Origin: Thermoplasmata archaeon
GTDB lineage: Archaea; Thermoplasmatota; Thermoplasmata; Thermoplasmatales; Thermoplasmataceae
Assembly: GCA_021810045.1 (NCBI GenBank)
Contig: JAJZJR010000004.1
Span: 18,351-82,350, forward strand
Reading direction: 5' to 3'
DNA: 64,000 nt
The position numbers and the translations under genes were made by a program. The notes under the pieces are model-generated. The model ran no database searches and was not told the origin of the DNA. It was given only the letters and a program-made list of their open reading frames with translations. Shown piece by piece: positions 17,664 to 27,518 of the stretch (position 1 is its first letter; each line of letters starts with the position of its first letter).

Positions 17664-20600
17664 ATGGGAATAATAGTTAGAATATCCGGTCCAGTAGTGA
17701 TAGCAGAAGACGTTGAAAACGCCAAGATGTTTGACGTGGTCAGAGTTGGAGAACTGGGTCTAGTAGGAGAAATTATCAGGATTATTGGAAACAGGTCAAC
17801 AATCCAGGTTTATGAGGATACAAGTGGTATCAGGCCTGGAGAAAAGGTGGAAAACACAAACAGGCCACTCTCCGTGGATCTTGGTCCAGGACTGCTTACA
17901 TCAATTTATGATGGAATACAGAGGCCTCTGGACGTAATCAGGGCCAAATCAGGTGATTTCATTCAGAGAGGTTTCACAGCCTCCCCTCTCGACGAGGAAA
18001 AGGTATGGGAATTCAAGCCACTCGCCAAAAAGGGCGACGATGTGGTCACCGGCCAGATAATTGGAACAGTTCCTGAGACAGGAATCATTGAGCACAAGGT
18101 CATGGTTCCATATGGTGTTTCAGGAAAGATTGCAGATATCAAGGAAGGCAAATTCAAGGTATCAGATGTTATTGCAATAATTGACACAGGATCACAAAAG
18201 GTTGAAGTCAAGCTTAAGCAGGAATGGCCTGTGAGGATTCCAAGGAAAGTTCTCAGAAAGCTTCCTCCTGATATCCCACTTATTACGGGACAGAGAGTCA
18301 TCGATACATTCTTCCCTGTGGCCAAAGGTGGAACTGTTGCTGTACCAGGGCCCTTCGGATCTGGAAAATGTGTTACAGGCGACACGCCTGTTCTGCTCGG
18401 AGATGGTTCCATAAGAGAAATAAAGGATCTGTATGAAGAGGGCCTGAAAACCGGCTTACGCATGAAGCTGAAGGATGAAGAGTACCTGTCCCTTCAGAAG
18501 CCAATTGAATTGATGTCTTTCCACGAAGGGAAAATTCAGAAGAGCACTTCCTCCATGCTGTACAAAGGCAAGTCAGATACTGTTGTTAAGGTAAGGACAA
18601 GAACCGGAAGGGAGGCAAGAATAACCCCGGTACATAAACTATTCAAACTGTCAGAAGAGGGGGAAATAGTGGAAACAGAAGCCAGAGAACTTTCTCCCGG
18701 CGATTATATTGTTTCTGCCAAGGCCACTTCAGTGAAAGGCAGGAATAAGAAAATTGATATTTACGGACTTGGAAACCTCAGGGTACTGGATGAGGATATC
18801 CGGGAAGAGGTTGCAGAACTCCTGAAACTCTCTTACCAGAAAGGTATCCACATTGAGCTTCCTTCATCAGTTAAACACAGCTTATCAAGATCTGAGAAGA
18901 GGATGTCCCCAAGACTTTCCTGGGTGAAGGAAATCTATTCCAAAATGGGAAAAACTCCTCCCAATCCACGGAAGCTTGTTGGCGATCGTTCAAGTAACCC
19001 TGTATCAATACCAGAATCCGTTAGTGAAGAACTGGCTGAATTCCTTGGCTATTATATTTCTGAAGGTTACATAAGGGAAAAGGGAACAGTTGTCTTCACA
19101 AATGAAGATGAACAGCTGCTTGACAGATTTACTGTACTGGCAAAGACCCTATTTTCCCTGGACGGAATCAGGGAAATACAGAAAGGAAAAGTGCCAAATG
19201 TTCTCCTTCACAGCAGAGTGCTTGTCCAGTTCCTCGAGTACCTGGATACAGGAGAGAATGCATTCAGCAAAAAGATCCCTGAAATTATACTAAAATCCAG
19301 CGATTCTGTTGTGTCTTCACTCCTGACATCGTACTTCATCGGCGATGGATCATTTTCCAGGGAGAGCGTTGAATTCTCCACTGCAAGTAAATGGCTGTCA
19401 GTTCAGTTATCCTATGTACTTACAAGATTTGGCATAATAAACACAAGATCCGTAAAGAATGTCAATGAGAATGAGTACCACAGGATTTATGTTAGAGGCA
19501 AGACAAACGTTTCGAAGCTGAGCAGACTGATGAAGCCTGTACATTCTAAAATCCAGAAGATTTATTCATATTCTGAATCATCAGGATCCGCATATAATTC
19601 CATAGACATTGTTCCACTGTCGCCATCCTATGTAGGATCTCTATACAGGAGATATACAAGTTATTCTGAGTTGCTCGATGAGGGCATAGAGATATCCAAC
19701 TACATTGGAAACAGGGAAAATATGGGGATCGAAACATTCAGAAGATTCTCTGAGGTAATCAGCAAATCAGCAGGCTCTCAGATTCTTGAAGAACCAATAA
19801 GCCAGCTTTCCGAATCGCTAGATTACATATTTTTTGACAGGATCCTGTCAATTGAGGAAGAAGCGGGACCCTTTGATGTGTACGATGTCACAGTCCCAGA
19901 TTCAGGAATGAATTTTGTGGGTGGATATGGTGGAATAATTCTTCACAACACAGTGGTTCAACACCAATTGTCAAAATGGGCAGATAGTGATATTGTCGTT
20001 TACGTAGGATGTGGAGAAAGGGGGAATGAGATGACTGAAATTCTCACATCGTTCCCTGAGCTCACCGACCCTAAATCTGGCAAGCCTCTCATGGAACGCA
20101 CTGTCCTCATCGCAAACACATCCAACATGCCTGTGGCAGCAAGAGAAGCAAGTATCTACACAGGAATCACGATCGCGGAATATTACAGGGATATGGGATA
20201 TAACGTTGCCCTCATGGCCGACAGTACCTCAAGATGGGCAGAGGCACTGAGAGAAATTTCAGGAAGGCTTGAGGAAATGCCTGGCGAAGAAGGATATCCA
20301 GCATATCTTGGAAGAAGACTTTCGGAATTCTATGAAAGATCAGGAAATGCAATTGTGGTATCAAATGATGAGAGAAACGGTTCCATCACAATTGTAGGTG
20401 CAGTATCTCCTCCAGGAGGAGACACATCTGAGCCGGTTTCACAGAACACCCTTAGGGTTACAAGGGTATTCTGGGCACTTGATTCATCGCTTGCATCGAG
20501 AAGGCATTTCCCTTCAATCAACTGGCTGAACAGCTATTCACTTTATCAGGACGACCTCAGGAAATGGTTCGAGGAAAACGTGACCAGGGACTGGGGAGAA

Positions 20601-20999
20601 CTTTACGACGAAGCAATGGGCATACTCCAGAAGGAGGCTGAACTCCAGGAAGTGGTTCAGCTCGTTGGTTATGACGCATTGCCTGAGAGGGAGAAAAACA
20701 CCCTTGATATTGCAAGAATGATCAGGGAGGATTTCCTCCAGCAGAGTGCTTTCGACGAAGTAGACCAGTACTGCTCCATCGGAAAGCAGTACAGGATGCT
20801 CAACGCAATTATCACACTGGGAAGACAGCAGTCCGATGCACTTGACAAGGGACTTCAGATGGCCCAGATTCAGGGTATAGGCGTAAGGGCAAGAATATCC
20901 AGAATGAAAGAGGTCAAGGAAGAGGAATTCCAGGCTTATTATGACTCAGTGATGTCAGAAATGACAGAACAGATTGGAAAACTTCTGGAGGTGCAGTAA
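17664..20999 (+). CDS. atpA: A-type ATP synthase catalytic subunit A, interrupted by an in-frame intein
   Basis: The exteins read ...VPGPFGSGK|intein|TVVQHQLSKWADSDIVVYVGCGERGNEMTEIL... ATG 17664 (MGIIVRISGPVV, with GAGG 7 nt upstream) is preferred over TTG 17658. Confidence 0.93.
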   Translation: MGIIVRISGPVVIAEDVENAKMFDVVRVGELGLVGEIIRIIGNRSTIQVYEDTSGIRPGEKVENTNRPLSVDLGPGLLTSIYDGIQRPLDVIRAKSGDFIQRGFTASPLDEEKVWEFKPLAKKGDDVVTGQIIGTVPETGIIEHKVMVPYGVSGKIADIKEGKFKVSDVIAIIDTGSQKVEVKLKQEWPVRIPRKVLRKLPPDIPLITGQRVIDTFFPVAKGGTVAVPGPFGSGKCVTGDTPVLLGDGSIREIKDLYEEGLKTGLRMKLKDEEYLSLQKPIELMSFHEGKIQKSTSSMLYKGKSDTVVKVRTRTGREARITPVHKLFKLSEEGEIVETEARELSPGDYIVSAKATSVKGRNKKIDIYGLGNLRVLDEDIREEVAELLKLSYQKGIHIELPSSVKHSLSRSEKRMSPRLSWVKEIYSKMGKTPPNPRKLVGDRSSNPVSIPESVSEELAEFLGYYISEGYIREKGTVVFTNEDEQLLDRFTVLAKTLFSLDGIREIQKGKVPNVLLHSRVLVQFLEYLDTGENAFSKKIPEIILKSSDSVVSSLLTSYFIGDGSFSRESVEFSTASKWLSVQLSYVLTRFGIINTRSVKNVNENEYHRIYVRGKTNVSKLSRLMKPVHSKIQKIYSYSESSGSAYNSIDIVPLSPSYVGSLYRRYTSYSELLDEGIEISNYIGNRENMGIETFRRFSEVISKSAGSQILEEPISQLSESLDYIFFDRILSIEEEAGPFDVYDVTVPDSGMNFVGGYGGIILHNTVVQHQLSKWADSDIVVYVGCGERGNEMTEILTSFPELTDPKSGKPLMERTVLIANTSNMPVAAREASIYTGITIAEYYRDMGYNVALMADSTSRWAEALREISGRLEEMPGEEGYPAYLGRRLSEFYERSGNAIVVSNDERNGSITIVGAVSPPGGDTSEPVSQNTLRVTRVFWALDSSLASRRHFPSINWLNSYSLYQDDLRKWFEENVTRDWGELYDEAMGILQKEAELQEVVQLVGYDALPEREKNTLDIARMIREDFLQQSAFDEVDQYCSIGKQYRMLNAIITLGRQQSDALDKGLQMAQIQGIGVRARISRMKEVKEEEFQAYYDSVMSEMTEQIGKLLEVQ
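18369..19949 (+). mobile_element. 527-aa intein with LAGLIDADG homing-endonuclease domain in the atpA P-loop
   Basis: Starts CVTGDTPVLLGDGS (block A). TPVH is block B. LAEFLGYYISEGY and LLTSYFIGDGSF are the LAGLIDADG motifs. Ends ...VYDVTVPDSGMNFVGGYGGIILHN followed by the +1 Thr of GKT. Removing it restores GPFGSGKT. Confidence 0.9.
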
Positions 21000-22385
21000 A
21001 TGCCGCAGGTAAGTTATAAAACAGTTTCACAGATATCCGGGCCACTTGTTTTCGTTGAGAAAGTGGAAAACGCCGCCTACAATGAATTGGTTGAGATCAC
21101 CCTTGAGAACGGTGAGAAGAGAACAGGACAGGTTCTTGACACAGGGAGAGGACTTGCCGTAGTCCAGGTCTTTGGGCCCACATCAGGAATGGATGTCCAG
21201 GGAACAAAGGTAAAATTCCTTGGAAATACCGCCCGTGTATCAGTATCAGATGACATGCTCGGAAGAATATTCAATGGACTTGGGGAACCAATCGATGGCC
21301 TCTCGCCAATTGCCAGCAAGGAAAGGGTCGAGATTGTGGGAAACGCAATCAATCCATACTCCAGGGAAGAACCTTCTGAGTTTATAGAAACCGGAATTTC
21401 AACCATCGACGGAATGAACACACTTGTGAGGGGACAGAAACTTCCAATATTCTCAGGTTCCGGTCTTGCACACAACAGGCTTGCAGCACAGATTGCAAGG
21501 CAGGCCAAGGTTCTTGGAAGCGATGAGAAGTTCGCCGTTATATTCGGTGCAATGGGTATCACGAGCGAAGAAGCAAACTATTTCGTCAACGAGTTTACGA
21601 AGACCGGTGCAATTTCAAGATCTGTACTTTTCCTGAATCTTTCTTCAGATCCAAGCATGGAAAGGATCATTCTTCCTAAGGTTGCTCTCACGACAGCAGA
21701 ATACCTTGCCTATGAGAAGGAAATGCATATTCTTGTTATCCTTTCAGACATGACAAATTACTGCGAGGCCCTCAGGGAAATATCCTCTGCCAGGGAAGAA
21801 GTGCCCGGAAGAAGGGGTTTCCCAGGATACATGTACACAGATCTTTCAACAATTTATGAAAGGGCTGGAAAAATAAGGGGCAAGAACGGATCAATCACCC
21901 AGATTCCAATTCTTACAATGCCTGGTGACGATATTACAAACCCAATCCCTGATCTTACAGGATACATCACTGAAGGCCAGATTGTGCTTAGCAGGGATCT
22001 TCAGAGAAAAGGTGTTTACCCGCCGGTGGATGTACTTCCTTCTTTATCAAGACTGATGAACCAGGGTATCGGAAAAGGGAGAACAAGAGAGGATCACAGA
22101 GGTGTTGCAGACCAGCTTTACGCAGCCTATGCAAATGGTAAGGATCTCAGATCACTCAGTGCAATTGTAGGAGAAGAAGCCCTTGGTGCAAACGACAGAA
22201 CCTATCTCAAGTTCGCAGACGAATTCGAGAAGAGGTATGTGAACCAGGGGATTTATGAAGACAGATCAATTGAAGATACTCTCACAATCAGCTATGATCT
22301 AATGTCCATGCTCCCTGAAGGTGACATGAAGAGGCTGAAGACAGACTTCATATCCAAATACGGAAAGTGGAAGAAGGAGGAATAA
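21000..22385 (+). CDS. atpB: A-type ATP synthase subunit B
   Basis: 461 aa. The start abuts the atpA stop. Typical B-subunit sequence ([29 protein letters not shown]). Confidence 0.95.
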   Translation: MPQVSYKTVSQISGPLVFVEKVENAAYNELVEITLENGEKRTGQVLDTGRGLAVVQVFGPTSGMDVQGTKVKFLGNTARVSVSDDMLGRIFNGLGEPIDGLSPIASKERVEIVGNAINPYSREEPSEFIETGISTIDGMNTLVRGQKLPIFSGSGLAHNRLAAQIARQAKVLGSDEKFAVIFGAMGITSEEANYFVNEFTKTGAISRSVLFLNLSSDPSMERIILPKVALTTAEYLAYEKEMHILVILSDMTNYCEALREISSAREEVPGRRGFPGYMYTDLSTIYERAGKIRGKNGSITQIPILTMPGDDITNPIPDLTGYITEGQIVLSRDLQRKGVYPPVDVLPSLSRLMNQGIGKGRTREDHRGVADQLYAAYANGKDLRSLSAIVGEEALGANDRTYLKFADEFEKRYVNQGIYEDRSIEDTLTISYDLMSMLPEGDMKRLKTDFISKYGKWKKEE

Positions 22386-23029
22386 TGGCCCAGGCTGAAC
22401 TGAAACCCACAAGGATTGAACTCATCAGAACCAGGAGAAGAATCAAACTGGCCCAGCGCGGGCTGGACCTCCTGAAAATGAAGCGTTCATCCCTTGTAAT
22501 GGAGTTCTTCAACATAAGCAGGAGCGTCAAGGGACTCAGGGAAAACCTTAGAGCTGATATAGAGGAAGCACTGGAGACACTCAAGGCAGCTGAAATCATC
22601 TCAGGAACAATGAATCTTGAGAGGATAGCTTACATGTCTGCGGATTCTACTGTAGGAGTCAACCTGAAGAATGTCATGGGCGTCAGGATCCCCGAATTGA
22701 GCAGGAACTACAACCAGACCATTCTTTCAAACCAGTACAGGGCCATATCTGTGCCTACTGCTGTCAACGACGCAATAAAGAAATTCGAAAATATTTACAC
22801 TCAGATTGTGGAGATTGCGGAGAAAGAGAACGCAATGAGGAAGCTTCTCCACGAAATAGATAAAACAAAGAGGCGTTCCAACGCCATTGAAAATATACTG
22901 ATCCCTCAGCTGACATATTCGGCAAAGCTCATAAGAATGAGACTTGATGAAATTGAGAGGGACATGTTCACCACATTGAAGATGGTGAAGAGGAAGATTA
23001 ACAGGAAATCCCAGGAGGCAGTTGCCTGA
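22385..23029 (+). CDS. atpD: A-type ATP synthase subunit D
   Basis: [31 protein letters not shown] is the canonical subunit D N-terminus. ATG 22385 overlaps the atpB stop (TAATG) and is preceded by AAGGAGG. The tracked start at 22367 lies inside atpB. Confidence 0.9.
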   Translation: MAQAELKPTRIELIRTRRRIKLAQRGLDLLKMKRSSLVMEFFNISRSVKGLRENLRADIEEALETLKAAEIISGTMNLERIAYMSADSTVGVNLKNVMGVRIPELSRNYNQTILSNQYRAISVPTAVNDAIKKFENIYTQIVEIAEKENAMRKLLHEIDKTKRRSNAIENILIPQLTYSAKLIRMRLDEIERDMFTTLKMVKRKINRKSQEAVA

Positions 23030-23202
23030 TGAAGTACTGGAAACAGCACCTTAACCTGGACACAAACAGGCAAATTACCGTGGAGGAACTCATGAATAAC
23101 AGGAATCTCAGGAGGTTCAAGAAAATAAGGACCTTCTTCCTGGTCTTCAACCCCATGGTTGCAGTGGTGCTGCTCTCCATGTTCTTTACAGGGGTGATCT
23201 GA
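23029..23202 (+). CDS. 57-aa small ORF with C-terminal hydrophobic helix, packed between atpD and atpH (below the ORF-track cutoff)
   Basis: My translation: MKYWKQHLNLDTNRQITVEELMNNRNLRRFKKIRTFFLVFNPMVAVVLLSMFFTGVI*. The ATG overlaps the atpD stop (TGATG), and the stop lies 1 nt before the atpH ATG at 23204. Confidence 0.5.
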   Translation: MKYWKQHLNLDTNRQITVEELMNNRNLRRFKKIRTFFLVFNPMVAVVLLSMFFTGVI

Positions 23203-23203
23203 A

Positions 23204-23527
23204 ATGGAAGATCTGGAAACACTTAAAATAATCAGGGAAAAGGAAGATTCTATCAACAAAGAAATAGCACTTCTCAAGTCAGAGAAGGAGAAGCAGCTTC
23301 AGGAAATGGAAACACAGTTTTCATTGATGCTGAAGGAGAATGAGGAGAACCTAAGGCTTCAGGCCACAAAGGAAGTTGCCGAAGTTTCAGAGAAGGCAAA
23401 ATCAAAGGCTGACAACATGGTTCTTGCAAGCAGGGAAAAGGCTGAAAACCTGAAAATGAAACTATCTGACAGGGATATTGAGAAGATCGCTTCTGATTTG
23501 TTAAAGGACTATCTCGAGGGTATATAA
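23204..23527 (+). CDS. atpH: A-type ATP synthase subunit H (coiled-coil stalk subunit)
   Basis: 107 aa, highly charged coiled coil (EKEKQLQEMETQ...). The stop overlaps the atpI start. Confidence 0.7.
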   Translation: MEDLETLKIIREKEDSINKEIALLKSEKEKQLQEMETQFSLMLKENEENLRLQATKEVAEVSEKAKSKADNMVLASREKAENLKMKLSDRDIEKIASDLLKDYLEGI

Positions 23528-25551
23528 TGGCACTGATGCCTGAGAAGATGCACAGAGTCAGGATAATCGGATCCAATCTGCGAAAGGATCACATCATCAC
23601 TGCACTGCATGATGCAGGTGTAATACAACTTGAAACCGTACCTGCAGATCTCACGAAAATTATGGGGCAGTCCAAACCGGGAGAACTTTACAGGAAGGTC
23701 AACAGATACCTTCAGATTTACAGGGGTTACGAAAACATACTTCCACCTGTCCCTGTAAAGACATCTAGGGAATTTGCAAGCATTGATGAGCTGCTTGATG
23801 AGGCCTCAAAGATTGATCTTGAGGAAGAGCTCAGGATCATAAAGGCAACGGAATCCGATCTGCTGTCTGAAATGAAGGAAATAAACAACCGTCTCGAAGC
23901 TGTGGCCTCTCTTGATGGTCTTAATTATGATCTTTCGATTTTTAACGGTTCAACTATTTCTTCATATATAGCAAAAGGGTTCGAAGATGAGGGTTCTGTT
24001 CCAATGATCAGGGAAAAACTTCCCGATGCAACGGTTTTCAGACTCCCGAACCAGGCTGTGATAATAACAATTCCGGCGAAGAAAGATGCAGAGCTGGCAC
24101 GTGTAGCCTCTGAACTCAAATTCTCAATTTCACACATCCCAGAAATGTCAGGCAAGCCAGAAGAATACAGTAAATCCATGAAGGACAGGCTTGCCCTCAA
24201 GACCAAGGACCTTGAGGAACTCCATAATGACCTGATGGATGTTTCCAAAGAGCACTACGAATCAATAGTACAGATAAGGGAGCAGCTTGAAATAGAAAAC
24301 AAGAAGCTTGAGGTCTCAGACAAACTGGCTTCAACACAGGATTCCTTTGCTCTCGAAGGCTGGATTCCCCAGAAACATTACGACTCTCTTGTATCGCTGG
24401 TAAACAAGGCAGCGGATAACAGTGTGATAATAAAAACAGTTGAAACCAAGGAGGATCCACCCACACTGCTTTCAAATTCAAAGAGGTTCAAGACATTCGA
24501 GTTTTTCATAAATTTCTATTCCCTGCCAAAGGAGTATGAATTCGATCCAACAATGATATTTGCCTTCATATTCCCATTCTTCTTTGGCTTAATGGTCGGA
24601 GACTGGGGATATGGTCTTGTAATTCTTGCTGCAGCGCTGTGGATGAAAAAGAAGCTCACCACACCTGGAGCAAAAACGATCATGCCTAAGGCCCTGACGA
24701 AGTTCGCATTAACCGTGTTTGGCCGAAATGCTCTACTTGTTCTTGCCAAGGCACTTGTTCCCGCATCACTTGTGGCTATTGTAGTTGGTCTGCTGTTTAA
24801 CGGCTTCTTTGGTTTCCCTCTCCTTCCAGTAACGGTGTTCGAGGTAAGCTCCTCATTCCACAACATAAGCATTTTTGGCTTCCCGCCCACACCTTCCGTC
24901 ACAATATTCCACTTACAACTGATGATTCCAAAACTGCTCCTGTTCACAGGTTATGTTGGCCTGGCCATGGTTACCTTTGGCCTTGTACTGGGACTGGTAA
25001 ACGAAACAAGGCTGAAACACAGGAAAGGTGCAGCATCAAAAATAGGATGGCTCCTCATGGCATGGGGACTTGCTCTTTTCGGTCTCAACCTCATTCACTC
25101 AAGTGGAAGCTTCTCACTTAGCTTTGCAACAAACCCGGAGGCACCCATATCACTCATAGCGTTTGTTGTGGGAATCGTCGTTGTTGCACTTTCAGAAGGG
25201 GCGATGGGTCTTATAGAAATACCGTCAATCATCAGTCACATCCTTTCATACACCAGGATTCTTGGTATACTGCTTTCTGCAGTGTACCTTTCCTATGTGA
25301 TTGACCTTATATTCCTGAAACTGGCCACCAAGGATCCATTAATGGCAGTTGTTGGAGCTATTGTACTCATACTGGGGCAATTATTCACCCTGGGTATAGC
25401 AATACTTGAACCGGGTATACAGGGAGCGAGACTTATCTATGTGGAATTTTTCTCAAAATTCTACTATGGAAACGGAAAAATATTCAGGCCATTCAGGACC
25501 ATAAGAAAATACACAACACCAAAGTTCAACCTGGAATCGGCAAGAAAGTAA
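23527..25551 (+). CDS. atpI: A-type ATP synthase subunit I (a-type membrane stator)
   Basis: 674 aa with a soluble N-terminal half and a polytopic C-terminal half. Contains the conserved ...SHILSYTRILGILLS... arginine helix. Confidence 0.9.
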   Translation: MALMPEKMHRVRIIGSNLRKDHIITALHDAGVIQLETVPADLTKIMGQSKPGELYRKVNRYLQIYRGYENILPPVPVKTSREFASIDELLDEASKIDLEEELRIIKATESDLLSEMKEINNRLEAVASLDGLNYDLSIFNGSTISSYIAKGFEDEGSVPMIREKLPDATVFRLPNQAVIITIPAKKDAELARVASELKFSISHIPEMSGKPEEYSKSMKDRLALKTKDLEELHNDLMDVSKEHYESIVQIREQLEIENKKLEVSDKLASTQDSFALEGWIPQKHYDSLVSLVNKAADNSVIIKTVETKEDPPTLLSNSKRFKTFEFFINFYSLPKEYEFDPTMIFAFIFPFFFGLMVGDWGYGLVILAAALWMKKKLTTPGAKTIMPKALTKFALTVFGRNALLVLAKALVPASLVAIVVGLLFNGFFGFPLLPVTVFEVSSSFHNISIFGFPPTPSVTIFHLQLMIPKLLLFTGYVGLAMVTFGLVLGLVNETRLKHRKGAASKIGWLLMAWGLALFGLNLIHSSGSFSLSFATNPEAPISLIAFVVGIVVVALSEGAMGLIEIPSIISHILSYTRILGILLSAVYLSYVIDLIFLKLATKDPLMAVVGAIVLILGQLFTLGIAILEPGIQGARLIYVEFFSKFYYGNGKIFRPFRTIRKYTTPKFNLESARK

Positions 25552-25555
25552 TCTT

Positions 25556-25813
25556 CTATCCGGGCGAACCCATTCTTTTTTCTTTTTTCAGCTTGACAAA
25601 CTTCCTCAGTGCAATTACTGTCCAGACAGCTTCTATAACACCAAAAGGCCATGTACCTGAGAGGAAGCCGTAGGTAGAGGAACCAATGCATGTAAGTCCG
25701 AAGAGCAGGGTGTATGTGCGTGACTTGGGTTCAAGAGCATAAAAAACCATCATAACGGCCAGATCAACTGCACCAAGTATATTCAGGGTAGAAAAGGCAT
25801 CCATAATCAGCAA
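25556..25813 (-). CDS. small hydrophobic membrane protein (85 aa)
   Basis: Three hydrophobic segments and a basic C-terminal tail. Convergent with atpI. Confidence 0.45.
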   Translation of the reverse strand: MLIMDAFSTLNILGAVDLAVMMVFYALEPKSRTYTLLFGLTCIGSSTYGFLSGTWPFGVIEAVWTVIALRKFVKLKKEKRMGSPG

Positions 25814-25856
25814 TTAAAAACAACTTTAAGAAAGCAGGGATTCCAGCCTGATCCAA

Positions 25857-26312
25857 TTGGAAGAAGAAAGGATAGAAAGCATATCCCGTGAGATAGCGGC
25901 AGGGATCACGCCCAAAAGGTTCCCTGATGATTTTCTGGATCAGAACCAGAAAGGTGAGATAACCAGAATTCCTGCTGGAACAGAAGTCAGTATGTACAGG
26001 GAACTGGAAGGGGTCTTTGTAATGATTGATGGGGAGAGACTCTTCTTCAACCAGCCCATATTTGCAAAATTCATATTCTACTGCGCAAAGTCAGGCATAA
26101 CAGAAGTGCACGTTCCGGAGGCAAAGGATGCCAAAAAAGCAATAAAAGGACTGGAACAGGAAATAAACGGAATCCTTTTCAGCATTGACCAGGAAATGGA
26201 AAAGTACAGGGTGCCTGAAATTAACAAGAGAGAAACACTCTTGAAAATCCTGGAAATCCTCAGGCTCTCATACTATGACGATATTGTGTCATCAGAAGAA
26301 GACTTGTGGTAG
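25857..26312 (+). CDS. hypothetical protein (151 aa)
   Basis: ORF with a TTG start. No family recognised. Confidence 0.4.
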   Translation: MEEERIESISREIAAGITPKRFPDDFLDQNQKGEITRIPAGTEVSMYRELEGVFVMIDGERLFFNQPIFAKFIFYCAKSGITEVHVPEAKDAKKAIKGLEQEINGILFSIDQEMEKYRVPEINKRETLLKILEILRLSYYDDIVSSEEDLW

Positions 26313-26395
26313 TCCCATGAATGGATGGCAGTGAGTTTTCCCCAAGGTAAATACATAAAAATACCAGTGATGGATGCATTCACATAAAAGGTGCA

Positions 26396-26989
26396 GTGGA
26401 AATGAAACATAGGCTTGTGGTGGCAATTACTGGCTCAACGGGTGCCATTTACGGATACAGGTTGCTTCTGGCTGCAAGCAAAATCAAGGATCTTGAAACA
26501 CACCTCATTTTCTCCAACGGGGCTGTGAAAACCATGAAGATCGAAACCGGTCTTGATCCTGAGGAAGTGGTGAAACTTGCAACATTTGCCCATGATGAAT
26601 ATGATTTCTCTGCAAACATTTCCAGTGGCTCTTTTGTTACCTCAGGAATGATAGTCGCACCCTGTTCAATGAAAACACTCTCCTCAATTGCAACAGGATA
26701 TGAACAGAATCTTGTGGCAAGGGCAGCAATGGTAACACTGAAGGAAAGAAGGCCCCTGATACTTATGGTAAGAGAAACTCCGCTGAACCTCATCCATCTT
26801 AGGAACATGGTTACGGTGACAGAGGCAGGGGGCATAATTATGCCACCACTTCCTCCATTCTACTTCAAGGTCAGGAACATCAATGAACTGGTGGATCTCA
26901 CAGTGGGAAGGGCTCTCAATATGATGGGTATCCAGAACAGCCTGATGAGGGAATGGGATTCTTCCGATGCAGGCACATCTCAGGACTGA
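26396..26989 (+). CDS. ubiX: UbiX-family flavin prenyltransferase
   Basis: VVAITGSTGAIYGYRLL...IVAPCSMKTLSSIA...ERRPLILMVRETPL...GGIIMPPLPPFY is the characteristic UbiX/Pad1 pattern. Start is GTG 26396 or ATG 26402. Confidence 0.88.
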   Translation: MEMKHRLVVAITGSTGAIYGYRLLLAASKIKDLETHLIFSNGAVKTMKIETGLDPEEVVKLATFAHDEYDFSANISSGSFVTSGMIVAPCSMKTLSSIATGYEQNLVARAAMVTLKERRPLILMVRETPLNLIHLRNMVTVTEAGGIIMPPLPPFYFKVRNINELVDLTVGRALNMMGIQNSLMREWDSSDAGTSQD

Positions 26990-27453
26990 AGCTTCTCTAT
27001 ATGTTCCCGGATCCTCAGAAATGAATTCTGGTAAGCATCTTTCACTTTTTCCTCTTTGAACCTGAGATCGGATATGATTGGTGATTTTTCTGCATAATCC
27101 CTTGAAATATCAACAATTGAGGCGGAATAAAGGGCCTGTTCCTCATCTTCCCAGGAATTGACCCTCTTAACATTCAGTTCCAGATACAGTAGGGAAGGGA
27201 GATCCTGTATTATCAGGGTACATCTGCCTCTGCTCCTTAAAAGAACCTGTGATTCTGTTTTTCTGTATACGAGAAGGAAAAGCTTCTCGTGGTTGTGAGC
27301 CACAACCTGATAAGGAGAAAGCAGGGCAACATGTGGAAATTCAGAATGGTCGACGGTGAGCATGAATATGATTGAATTCTCCCTGTCTTCATTTGAAGAA
27401 AGCAGATTTTCCATGACAGATTCCGGGAGCTTTGTTCCCAATGATTCCGACAT
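26980..27453 (-). CDS. putative PNPOx-like split-barrel flavin-binding protein
   Basis: Weak resemblance only (IIFMLTVDHSEFPHVALLSPYQVV...KLFLLVYRKTESQVLL). The functional call is tentative. Confidence 0.4.
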   Translation of the reverse strand: MSESLGTKLPESVMENLLSSNEDRENSIIFMLTVDHSEFPHVALLSPYQVVAHNHEKLFLLVYRKTESQVLLRSRGRCTLIIQDLPSLLYLELNVKRVNSWEDEEQALYSASIVDISRDYAEKSPIISDLRFKEEKVKDAYQNSFLRIREHIEKLQS

Positions 27454-27518
27454 GCCTTAGGATTTTAACTCCATTAAAATGTTTTATCAATAACATAAAA
27501 TTGGAATTTGTGAGGAGT

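Noticed and set aside
22906-23277. Minus-strand ORFs (123 and 74 aa) across the atpD-atpH junction
   Set aside because: They are antisense to a tightly coupled operon. The plus-strand 57-aa ORF fits the gap exactly, whereas these do not respect gene boundaries.
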